From Malacoraja senta (taxonomy: Eukaryota): 52,092 bases of DNA. The translations under genes and the position numbers were made by a program. This document shows, piece after piece, positions 25,784 to 36,228 of this stretch. How positions within the stretch are numbered: the first letter of the stretch is position 1; each line of letters begins with the position of its first letter. The stretch covers positions 1 through 52,092 of the forward strand of contig JAXLNO010000103.1 of the NCBI GenBank assembly GCA_038087875.1, given 5' to 3'. The notes below the pieces were generated by a model. It saw only the letters and a program-made list of their open reading frames with translations. It searched no databases and was not told the origin of the DNA.

Positions 25784-27177
25784 ATTACAATAGATCAGAA
25801 CAACAGCGATTTGTTGATGAGAATGAGCCTCTGCTGAATGCTGAGCAGAGAGAAGTTTATGACCATGTGTGCGACTGCTTGCAAAGGAATCTATCTTCAA
25901 TGATTTTCATTGACTCACCAGGAGGAACAGGAAAGACATTTATCATAAATTTGATCCTTTCCACAGTTAGAGCTCAAGGTCAAATTGCCATTGCTGTAGC
26001 ATCGTCTGGTATCGCAGCCACATTAATGCCTGGTGGAAGAACTGCACATTCTCGATTCAAGATACCTATCCATGTGACGGAGGATTCAACGTGCAACATC
26101 AACAGCAACTCTAAAACGGGAGATTTCTTCAGGAGAGTGAAGCTCATTGTTTGGGATGAGTGTCCAATGATTAGGAGGGAGTGCTTTGAAGCGGTGGATA
26201 GAACTCTTCAGGATGTATGCCGCAAAAAGGATCATTTTGGCGGAATTCTTACCATTTGTTGTGGTGATTTTAGACAACTCCTTCCTGTAGTGAAGATGGG
26301 AAGTTATATTGATGTTCAAAATGCCTGCATCAAGACATCGTACTTGTGGCGGACTTTCACAAAGTTTGAATTGAAGAGAAATATGCGATTGGCCGAAGGA
26401 GAGGATGATTATTCTAAATTTTTGTTGGATGTAGGAGAGGACAACATTGCAAAGAATGAAGACAATGAAATTAACATTCCAGAAGACATGGTTCTTTCAG
26501 CAAGAACACTGGATGACTGCATTGATTATATCTATCCAGCATTTGACCACCCTGCAACATTATTCTCTAACAATTGTATCTTGGTTCCTCACAATGATAC
26601 GATGAGAAAAATCAATTCTACGTGTGTCAGACGCTTCCCTGGAACCATGAGGGTGTACTATTCTTTCAATTCTGTCACTGACGGAACGAATTCAACTCAC
26701 TTCCCAACGGAATTCCTCGATTCAATCGAGATCTGTGGATTACCACCACACAAATTGGAGTTGAAGAAAGGATCTCCAATTGTTTTAATCAGAAACTTGC
26801 AACCTCCAAAGCTATGCAATGGAACGAGGTTAATTGTAGAACAGCTACACAATAATCTCATCGTTGCTAGAATCAACATGGGGGCCTACAAAGAAAAGAT
26901 TGTTCTCATTCCTAGGATGAAGATCAATTTGTCAGAAGATGAAAACATTCCCATTAGGCGGAGCCAATTCCCTATTCTGTCGAGTTTTGCGATGACAATT
27001 CATAAGGCACAAGGACAAACCATGGAGAAGGTCTTGATATACCTTGAGAAACCAGTATTTCAACATGGCCAACTATATGTAGCTCTTAGCAGAGGAAAGG
27101 TGAAGGAACAAGTAAAAGTGTTCCTGAAGGATGGGACATCAACCAGGAATGTTGTAATTAAACAAATGCTTTGTTGA
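25576..27177 (+). CDS. Helitron PIF1-family SF1B helicase portion
   Basis: DSPGGTGKT (Walker A), IVWDE (Walker B), GDFRQLLPV, NMR, AMTIHKAQGQT, HGQLYVALSR. Confidence 0.95.
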   Translation: MSEDYLESERRRKSDRNITIDDRHHDQALFYIQDKLENCNTTLENVSLPRPRNERMDIDGENVDLLNELNYNRSEQQRFVDENEPLLNAEQREVYDHVCDCLQRNLSSMIFIDSPGGTGKTFIINLILSTVRAQGQIAIAVASSGIAATLMPGGRTAHSRFKIPIHVTEDSTCNINSNSKTGDFFRRVKLIVWDECPMIRRECFEAVDRTLQDVCRKKDHFGGILTICCGDFRQLLPVVKMGSYIDVQNACIKTSYLWRTFTKFELKRNMRLAEGEDDYSKFLLDVGEDNIAKNEDNEINIPEDMVLSARTLDDCIDYIYPAFDHPATLFSNNCILVPHNDTMRKINSTCVRRFPGTMRVYYSFNSVTDGTNSTHFPTEFLDSIEICGLPPHKLELKKGSPIVLIRNLQPPKLCNGTRLIVEQLHNNLIVARINMGAYKEKIVLIPRMKINLSEDENIPIRRSQFPILSSFAMTIHKAQGQTMEKVLIYLEKPVFQHGQLYVALSRGKVKEQVKVFLKDGTSTRNVVIKQMLC

Positions 27178-27885
27178 GCAATGACTGCTCAACAAACACG
27201 TAAATTGGTATATGATAGCAAATCTCTTTTTTATTTGTATGTTGATGGATTGACAGATAGAAGTTTATAAATATCTACATTGTAATAAATACTTCTTTTT
27301 TTTAATTCATGTCCAGAAGCAGGAGCAAACACGTTGCAAGATGGTCAATGGACGCTGTAAAGAGATGTTGAGAAGCAGTATGGAGCAGAAGTGAACAAGA
27401 GACATAACAAGAAAGGACTGAACCTCTTGAGGATCTTCAAAAATTAATGGACGTTTGCATGGAACAAGAGACACAACAATAAGCTTGCAAATTACATACA
27501 AAATGGTACATAATTGTGTAATGTTTTTTTAAAATTATAGGTAAATGCATTTATATATATAATTGTCTTTAGAAATTTATAAATGTCTACAATAGATGAA
27601 ATTACCTTTACAAGTTTATGAATATCTACATCGTGATAAATATCTTTCTCTTTTTTTTTACATCATGCAAAGAAATGGGAGCAATCGAGTTGCTGGATGT
27701 TCAAGGAACAACACAATGTTGAGAAGCAGTAATGTTGAGAAGCGGTAATGAGCAGAACGGCACAAGAGACGAGAGGAAGTTGCCAAAATACAGCCAGATC
27801 GGTACACAACGGAACCTTCACTAACATTCTATTCCTGAGAGCTGTTTTTTAAAAACATTTTGAAATTTTACTGTGTTGGGGAGAC

Positions 27886-27913
27886 AGACCCAACGGGTCT
27901 GCACTTGGTCTAG
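27886..27913 (+). other. Helitron 3' terminal hairpin + CTAG of the coding unit
   Basis: AGACCC-AAC-GGGTCT stem-loop, 9-nt spacer, CTAG: the canonical Helitron CTRR end. Confidence 0.9.
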
Positions 27914-30900
27914 ATGGACTGTCCCTACCCCTCCTCCTTCCACTCTCCCTCCCCACTATTTCCCCTCTCCACCCACCACTCTCCCCCTCCCTCCACACTC
28001 TTCGCCCTCACTCCCCTAACCCATCTCCTTCCTCCCCTCCCTCCACCATCCCTCCCCCCACACCTCTCTCTCCATCCCCAGCCCTCTCCCCCCCTCCCCC
28101 ATTCCTCTCCCCCCCTCACCCCACCCCCCCGAGTGTGTTTGGGGGTGGTTAGTGTGAGTTTGGGGGGTGGTTAGTGTGAGTGTGATGCCGCAGCCCACCC
28201 CCCCTCCTCCCGCAAACGCGCGTTTGTAAAACAGCCCGCCAACAGTTTCTCTGTCTTTAAGACGGAACTGCATATGCTGGAAAATCAAAGGTACACAAAA
28301 AATACCTGTATAATCTCAGCGGGTGCAGCAGCATCTATTGATCAAAGGAAATAGGAAACGTTTCGGAACAAAACCCGTCTGAGGATGGGTTTCGGCCAAA
28401 AGAGTTGCAAATTTCCTTTGCTCCATAGATGCTGCTGCACCCGCTGTGTTTCTCCAGCTTTCTTTTGTGTACCAGTCTCTCTGTCTCTCACCTCTATCTC
28501 TCTCTCTCTCTCGCTCTCTCTCTCTCTTTCTGCCCTTCTCTCTTCACAGCCCGCGGCTCGATTCATGCACGCACGCTCCAACCCCCCCTTTAACCTCTCT
28601 CCCCCATCCTCTCTTTCCTCTCTCCACCCCTCTCCTCTCTCCCCCTTCCTCTCCACCCTCCCTCCCCCTCTCCTCTTCTCTCCCCACCCCGTCTCCCTCT
28701 CCCCTCTTCTCTCCCCACCCCGTCTTCCTCTCTCCCCCCGAGTGTGTTTGGGGGTGGTTAGTGTGAGTTTGGGGGGTGGTTAGTGTGAGTGTGATGTCGC
28801 AGCCCCCCCTCCCGCAAACGCGCGTTGGGAAAACAGCCCGCCAACAGTCTCTCTGTCTTTAAGACAGAACTGCAGATGATGGAAAATTGAAGGTACACAA
28901 AAAAAACTGTATATCATCAGCGGGTTCAGCAGCATCTATGGATCAAAGAAAATATGCAACGTTTCGGTAGAAAACCATTCTGAGGATGGGCTTCGACCCA
29001 AAGCGTTGCCTATTTCCTTCGCTCCATAGATGCTGCTGCACCCGCTGTGTTTCTCCAGCTTTTTTTTGTGTACCAGTCTCTCTGTCTCTCCCCTCTCTCT
29101 CTCTCTCTCTCTCTCTGCCCATCTCTCTTCACAGCCCGCAGCTCAACTCATGAACACCCGCTCAACCCCCCCCCCCCCTTCACCTATCTCCCACATCCTC
29201 TCCTTCCTCTCTCCACACCCTCCTCTCTCTCCCCCTTCCTCCCCCCCAGCTGTCATCCGTTTGTCGTCAGTGGATAGGGTGAAGATGGGATAAAAGAATA
29301 AAATAAAAAAATTAAGATAATATCAAGGGGTGTGATGAGTGTGTGTGGTATGTGGGTGCCAGATTCCCACCCCTCAACCGTGCTTTGGAGGAAAGGGGGT
29401 GGTTAGTGTGACGCCACATCACCCCCCCCCCCCACCCGCAAATGCACGTTCGGTGTCCAGACCTAACGGGTCTGCACTTGGTCTCTCTCTCTCTCTCTCC
29501 CCATTCTCTCTCCCCATTCTCTCCCTCACCTTTCTCTCTCGCCCTTCTCTCTCTCTCCCTTCTCTCTCTCCCTTATCTCTCTCTCTCCCTCCCTTCTCTC
29601 TCTCTCTCTCTCCCTTCTCTCTCTCCCACTTCTCTCTCTCCTTTCACTCTCTCCCTTCTCTCTCTCCCTTCTCTCCCTCACAGCCCGCGACTCGACTCAT
29701 GCACGCCCGCTCCAACCCCCCCCCCCTTCACCTCTCTCCCCATCCTCTCTTTCCTCTCTCCACCCCTCTCCTCTCTCCCCCTTCCTCTCCACCCTCCCTC
29801 TCCCTCTCCTCTTCTCTCCCCACTCCGTCTCCCTCTCCCCTCTTATCTCCGCACCCCGTCTTCCTTCCCCCCCATCCCCCCGAGTGTGTTTGGGGGTGGT
29901 TAGTGTGAGTTTGTGGAGTGGTTAGTGTGAGTGTGATGCCGCAGCCCACCCCCCTCCCGCAAACGCGCGTTGGGAAAACAGCCCGCCAACAGTCTCTCTG
30001 TCTTTAAAATATTAATATAATATCAAGGGGTGTGATGAGTGTGTGTGTTTGTGGGTGCCAGATTCACACCCCGCAACCCTGCTTTGGAGGTACAGACCCA
30101 ACGGGTGGTTAGTGTGACGTCACAGCCCCCCGCCCCAAACACACGTTCGGTGTCCAGACCCAACGGGTCTGCACTTGGTCTGCACTCCCCACGCTTCCCC
30201 TCTCCCTCCCCACCTCTCTCCCTCCACCCTCCCTCTCTCCCTCTCTTCCCCCTACTCCTCTCCCCTTCCCCTCGTCCCCACCCCCCCTCTCCCCCCTTCC
30301 TGCCCTCCCCGCTCTCCTCCCACTCCAAACTCTCCTCACCCTCCCTCTCACCCACCCTGATCTCCTCTCCCTCCCCAATCTCTCCCGTTTCCTCCTCCCC
30401 CTCTCCCCTCCGTCCCCTCTTCTCTCCCCACCCCGTCTCCTTCTCTCCCCCTCCCCTCCTCTCCCCAACCCCGTCTCCCTCTCCCCCACTCCCCCCGCCT
30501 GTGTGTTTGGGGGGTGGTTAGTGTGAGTGTGATGCCGCAGCCGCAGCCCCCCCCCCCCCAAACGCAAGGTAAACAAAAAAATGAAGTATAAACTCAGCGG
30601 ATGCAGCAGCATCTTTGGATCGAAGGAAATAGGCAATGTTTCATAACAAAACATGTCTGAAGATGGGTTTCGGCCACAAACATTGCCTATTTCCTTCGCT
30701 CCATAGATGCTGCTGCACCCGCTGAATTTCACCACCTTTTTTGGGTGTACCAGTCTCTCTGTCTCTCCCCTCTCTCTCTCTCTCTCTGCCCTTCTCTCTT
30801 CACAGCCCGCAGCTTAACTCATGAACACCAGCTCAAAACACCCCCCTTCACCTATCTCCAACATCCTCTCCTTATTCTCTCCACACCCTCCTCTCTATCC

Positions 30901-33900
30901 CCCTTCCTCGCACCCCTTCCTCTCTCCCCCTTCCTCTCCCCCCTTCCACTCCACTCCACCCTCCTCCTCCCCCTCTTCAAATTTTTTTAATTCTAACATT
31001 AAATTTTCATTCTCTGCACCCCCCCTCCAGATGCACCTGAGAGGTGAGGGCTATTCGTCAGTGGATAGGGTGGAGATGGGATAAAAGAAGCAAATTAAAA
31101 AATTAAGATAATATCAAGGGTTGTTATGAGTGTGTGTGTTCGTGGGTGCCAGATTCCCACCCCGCAACCGTGCTTTTGAGCAAAGGGGGTGGTTACTGTG
31201 ACGCCACAGCACCCCCCCCCCCCACCCGCAAACGCACGTTCGGTGTCCAGACCCAACGGGTCTGCACTTGGTCTAGTATACTTTTAAAACTCTCTGGCTG
31301 CCGTCCGTCTGTACGTCTGTACGTCTGTACGTCTGTACGTCCGTACGCCGCCTTTGATACCGCCCCTGGCCCACACAGCGCGCGGAAAGGCCCATTTTTT
31401 TTTACCATTTCCAAAGAGATGACATTTACCTTTACGAATAGCCACTCCTGATTAAATTCGGTCCTGTTTATGTACACGTTTTTTAATAAAATCCATCCCC
31501 CCCCACCCCCATGTGATTGTCTCCGATTTTCTCCGAAAACGACGCCATCTTTTTTTTGCCGATTTTCTCCGAAAACGACGCCATCTTTTTTTCGCCGATT
31601 TTCTCCGATTTTTTCCAAAAACGACGCCATCTTTTTTTTCCACGATTTTCACCCCGGGGTCTTAAGCACGTTCGGGAACAACACCCCGGGGTGTCAAGCA
31701 CTTTCGGGGACCAGACCCAACGGGTCTGCACTTGGTCTAGTTATTATATAAAACTCTCTGGCTGTCGTCCGTCTGTACGTCTGTACGTCCAACGTTCTGC
31801 TTGACGTCCCGCCTTTCATACCGCCCCGCGCCCGCGCGGCGTGCGGAAACGCCGATATTTTTTACCGTTTCTAAAGAGGTTACGTTTATCTTTACGAATA
31901 GACGATCCTGATTAAATTTGGTCGTGTTTAGGTACGCTTTTTAAAATAAAATATCTCTCCCCCCCCCAAAACCAAACATTTCAAAATGTTTAAAAAAACA
32001 GCTCAGCCGTAGAATGTTAGTAAAGATTCCGTTGTGTGATGTCACAATGCACAATGGTCACAGATGTCCAATCGGAATGGATCCATTTACATATGCCTTT
32101 GCGGCGACCCAAGCCCCGGCCCCTCCCCCCCAATCCCCGCAGCATTGGGCATTGTGACATCACAAAACGGAACCTTCATTTACATTCTATTGCTGAGAGC
32201 TGTTTGTTTAACATTTTGAAATGTCCCCATTCCCTATCCCCCCCACACACGTGGCGACGCCCTGCGACACGTGTGACAAATCGAAATGAATCCGTTTACA
32301 TATGCCTTGGCAGCACCCACAGCCCAAGCCCCTCCCCCCAACCCCACAGCCTGTGATTATGTTTATCTTTACGAATAGACAACCCTGATTAAATTTGGTC
32401 GTTTTTATGTACACTTTTAAAAATAAAATACTTCTCCCCCCCCACCCCCAAACATTTCAAAATGATTAAAAAAACAGCTCAGCCATAGAATGTTAGTAAA
32501 GATTCCGTTGTGTGATGTCACAATGCCCGATGCTAACAGATGTCCAATGGGAATGGATTCATTTAGATATGCCTTGGCAGCAGCCCCAGCCCCAGCCCCT
32601 CCCCCCCAACCCCACAGCCTGTGTCGAAGGGCGTCGCCACGTGTGTGGGGGGATAGGGAATGGAGACATTTCAAAATGTTTAAAAAAAACAGCTCTCAGC
32701 AATAGAATGTTAATGAAGGTTCCGTTTTGTGATGTCACAATGCCCAATGCTCAAAGATATCCAATCAAAATGAATCCGTTTACATATGCCTTGGCAGCAG
32801 CCCCAGCCCCAGCCCCTCCCCCCACCCCCCACAGCCTGTGTCGAAGGGCGTCGTCACGTGTGTGGCAATAGAGAAAGAGGATTGGGGGTAATAGGGAATG
32901 GGTAACAGATGGACTGTCCCTACCCCTCCTACTTCAACTCTCCCTCCCCACTCTTCCCCCTCTCTCCTCTCCCCTCCCTCCCCTCCCACACACTCTCTTC
33001 CCCCTCCACCACCCCTCTTCACCCCCATCTCCCCCCTACCCCCTTCCCCTCTCTCTTGCACCACTCCCCGCTACCCCTCTGCCCCTCACTCACCACTCTT
33101 CCCCTCTCCCTCCCCCACCTCTATCCCTCCCCCCTCCCTCTCTCCCTCTCTTCCCCCTACTGCTCTCCCCTTCCCCTCATCCCCTCTCTCCACCTCTAAC
33201 ATCCCCTCCCCCCCACCCCCCTTCCTGCCCTCCCCGCTCTCCTCCCACTCCCCACTCTCCTCCCCGTCCCTCTCCCCCCACCCTGCTCTCTTCTCCCTCA
33301 CCAATCTCTCCCCTTTCCTCCTCCCCCTCTCTCCTCCCTCCCCTCCCTCCCCTGTTCTCTCCCCACCCCGTCTCCCTCTCCCCCCTCCCCCCCTCTTCTC
33401 TCCCAACCCCGTCGCCACCCTCCACCCTCCCCCACACCTCTCTACCCTTCTCCTCGCCTTACCCACCCCTCTCTCCTCCCCCTCTCCATCCCCTTCTCCT
33501 CACCCCTCTCCCTCTCATCCCCCTCCTCCTCCCACCCCCATTACTCTCTCCCACATCCCCTTCCCTCTCTCACCCCGTCCCCTTCCCCCTAACCCGTTAT
33601 CCCTCTTCAACCACTCCCCCTACACCTCTCCCCCTCCCTCTCTCCCACTTCCACTACTCCCCTTCCACCTCTCCATCTCCCTCCCCATTCTTCCACTTAA
33701 CTCCCAAACCCATCCCCATCTCCCTCCACAACCCCCTCCCCCACCCCTCTCCCCCCTCCCTTCTCTCTCACTCCCCACTCTTCCACTCTCCCTCCCCCAC
33801 CTCTATCCCTCCCCCCTCCTTCTCTCCCTCTCTTCCCCCTACTCCTCTCCCCTTCCCCTCATCCCCTCTCTCCACCTCTAACATCCCCTCCCCCCCTCTC

Positions 33901-35055
33901 CCCCCTTCCTGCCCTCCCCGCTCTCCTACCACTCTGCTCCCCCTCCCCTACCCTGCTCTCTTCTCCCTCACCAATTTCTCCCCTTTCCTCCTCCCCCTCT
34001 CCCCTCCCTCCCCCTCTCCTCTTCTCTCCCCACCCCGTCTCCCTCTCCCCTCTTCTCTCCGCACGTCGTCTTCCTCTCCACCCCTCCCCCCGCCTGTGTT
34101 TGGGGGGTGGTTAGTGTGAGTGTGATGCCGCAGCCCCCCCCCCACTCCCGCAAACGCGCGTTGGGAAAACAGCCCGCCAACAGTCTCTCTGTCTTTAAGA
34201 CAGAACTGCAGATGCTTGAAAATCAAAGGTACACAAAAAAATGCTTCATAACCTCAGCGGGTGCAGCAGCATCTATGTATCAAAAGAAATAGACAACGTT
34301 TCGTGAAAACCCGTCTGAGGATGGGTTTCCGCCAAAAGCATTGCCTATTTCCTTCACTCCATAGATGCTGCTGCACCCGCAGCGTTTCTCGAGTTTTATT
34401 GTGTGTACCAGTCTATCTGTCTCTCCCCTCTCTCTCTCTCTCTGCCCTTCTCTCTTCACAGCCCGCGACTCAACTCATGCACGCCTGCTCCAACCCACCC
34501 CCTTCACCTCTCTCCCCATCCTCTTCTTCCTCTCTTCACCCCTCTCATTTCTCACCCTCCTCTCTCCCCACCTTCCTCACCCCCCTTCCTCTCAACCCTC
34601 CTCCTCCCCCACCTCACAATTTTTTTTTCTAACATTAAATTTTCTCTCTCTGCACCACCCCCCCCCCTCGAGACGTACCTGAGAGGTGAGGGCTATTCGT
34701 CAGTGGATAGGGTGGAGATGGAATAAAAGAAGAAAATTAAAATATTAATATAATATCAAGGGGTGTGATGAGTGTGTGTGTTTGTGGGTGCCAGATTCAC
34801 ACCCCGCAACCCTGCTTTGGAGGTACAGACCCAACGGGTGGTTAGTGTGACGTCACAGCCCCCCGCCCCAAACGCACGTTCGGTGTCCAGACCCAACGGG
34901 TCTGCACTTGGTCTAGTATACTTTTAAAACTATCTGGCTGTCGTCCGTCTGTACGTCTGTACGTCTGTACGTCTGTACGTCTGTACGTCGCCTTTGATAC
35001 CGCCCCTGGCCCACACAGCGCGCGGAAAGGCGCATATTTTTTACCATTTCCAAAG

Positions 35056-35687
35056 AGATGACATTTATCTTTACGAATAGCCACTCTTGATTAAATTCGG
35101 TCCTGTTTATGTACACGTTTTTTAATAAAAATCCATCCCCCCCACCCCATGTGATTTTCTCCGATTGTCTCCGATTTTCTCCGGAAACGACGCCATCTTT
35201 TTTTTCCCGATTTTCTCCAAAAACGACGCCATCTTTCGCCGATTTTCTCCGATTTTTTCCGGAAACGACGCCATCTTTTTTTCCGCACATTTTCACCCCG
35301 GGGTCTGAAGCACCTTCGGGAACAACACCCCGGGGTGTCAAGCAGTGAGAAGCCGGGATTTGAATCTGCGGAATTTTGAATCCTTCACGGGAAGCGCTTG
35401 ACACCCCGGGGTGTTGTTCCCGAACGTGCTTCAGACCCCTGGGTGAAAATCGTCGAAAAGAAGATGGCGTCGTTTTCGGAAAAATCGGAGAAAATCGGCG
35501 AAAAAAAGATGGCGTCGTTTTTGGAGAAAATCGGCGAAAAAAAGATGGCGTCGTTTTCGGAGAAAATCGGAGACAATCGGAGAAAATCACATGGGGGTGG
35601 GAGGAATGGATTTTTATTAAAAAAGCGTGTACATAAACAGGACCGAATTTAATCAGGAGTGGCTATTCGTAAAGATAAATGTCATCT
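35056..35687. repeat. ~290-bp inverted repeat (35056-35343 vs 35396-35687) with a DIRS-derived spacer
   Basis: The second arm is the reverse complement of the short-unit body; spacer 35342-35390 is the reverse complement of 36045-36106 lacking 13 nt. Confidence 0.88.
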
Positions 35688-35944
35688 GCACTTGGTCTAG
35701 TATTACATAAAAGCATCATAAATAGTAAGATTAAACGAGAACTTACCAGTTTGAAGTTTGATCTTTATTTTATGAGGAGTTACGTTGGTGATTACATGAA
35801 AAAGTCCCGCCAGTGCGCATGCACGTCAATCTTCAAAGCAGCGGTATGAAATCACAAACAACAATTAACGAAGTAACATAGTAAAATGAGTAACTTGAGA
35901 ACTACCAGCTGAACTTATGAGAGAGGGTTGGGCGTGGAGGGCAC

Positions 35945-36057
35945 GTAATCACCAACGTAACTCCTCATAAAATAAAGATCAAACTTCAAACTGGTAAGTT
36001 CTCATTTAATCTTACTATTTTACTTCGGAGTCACGTGAGTGATTCCGTGAAGGATTC
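35945..36057 (-). other. DIRS internal complementary region (ICR)
   Basis: 35945-36020 is the reverse complement of 35720-35795, and ~36018-36052 is the reverse complement of 40370-40404. The two halves join at CTTACTA-TTTT-ACTTCGG. Confidence 0.9.
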
Positions 36058-36228
36058 AAAGCTTTGTGATTTAATTCCGCAGATTCAAATCCCGGCTTCT
36101 CACTGCATTGATTGACTCGGAAAACGAGAAATAATCAATAATGCATTAATAATTACATTGCATGAAAATGCAGTAACTAATTTATTTGAATAACAGAATT
36201 AACAGTATCCCCTCAAACCCAGGGAAAC

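Larger units (their letters stand above)
21829..27177 (+). pseudogene. Helitron RepHel transposase, reconstructable as one ~1780-codon ORF with three lesions
   Basis: +1 in the A-run at 22318-22327 (10 A versus 9 in sister repeats), in-frame TAA at 22898-22900 (AGA/ATA in sister repeats), and -1 near 25557 joining the Rep frame (22982) to the helicase frame (25576). Confidence 0.88.
18655..27913 (+). mobile_element. Autonomous-type (now disrupted) canonical Helitron; possibly 3'-extended to 31276
   Basis: Same 5' head module as the flanking units, an internal Rep-helicase coding region, and a hairpin + CTAG at 27886-27913 about 0.7 kb after the stop codon. Confidence 0.88.
1..35700 (+). mobile_element. 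Composite head-to-tail Helitron array (left end outside the window)
   Basis: Twelve intact 3' termini AGACCCAACGGGTCT-GCACTTGGT-CTAG, with CTAG ending at 236, 4597, 7098, 7555, 10938, 13657, 15884, 18654, 27913, 31276, 31740 and 34916, plus a final CTAG|T at 35700. Most are followed by a shared head (TTATTATATAAAACTCTCTGGC or TATACTTTTAAAACTCTCTGGC). One unit encodes RepHel. Confidence 0.9.

Noticed and set aside
25576..27177. Host PIF1 gene
   Set aside because: It is intronless, fused by a single frameshift to an HUH Rep domain, and enclosed by Helitron termini.
1062..34726. Dozens of Pro/Ser/Leu-rich plus-strand and Gly/Arg/Glu-rich minus-strand ORFs (up to 414 aa), superficially extensin- or formin-FH1-like
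   Set aside because: They arise from stop-poor C/T low-complexity DNA, are open in several frames at once, and their frames are not conserved between repeat copies.
1..35700. Simple satellite, or a pure rolling-circle concatemer
   Set aside because: Units differ greatly in length and module content, and nearly all junctions lack the CTAG|TC expected from precise circle read-through. Some assembly error in such a repeat cannot be excluded.
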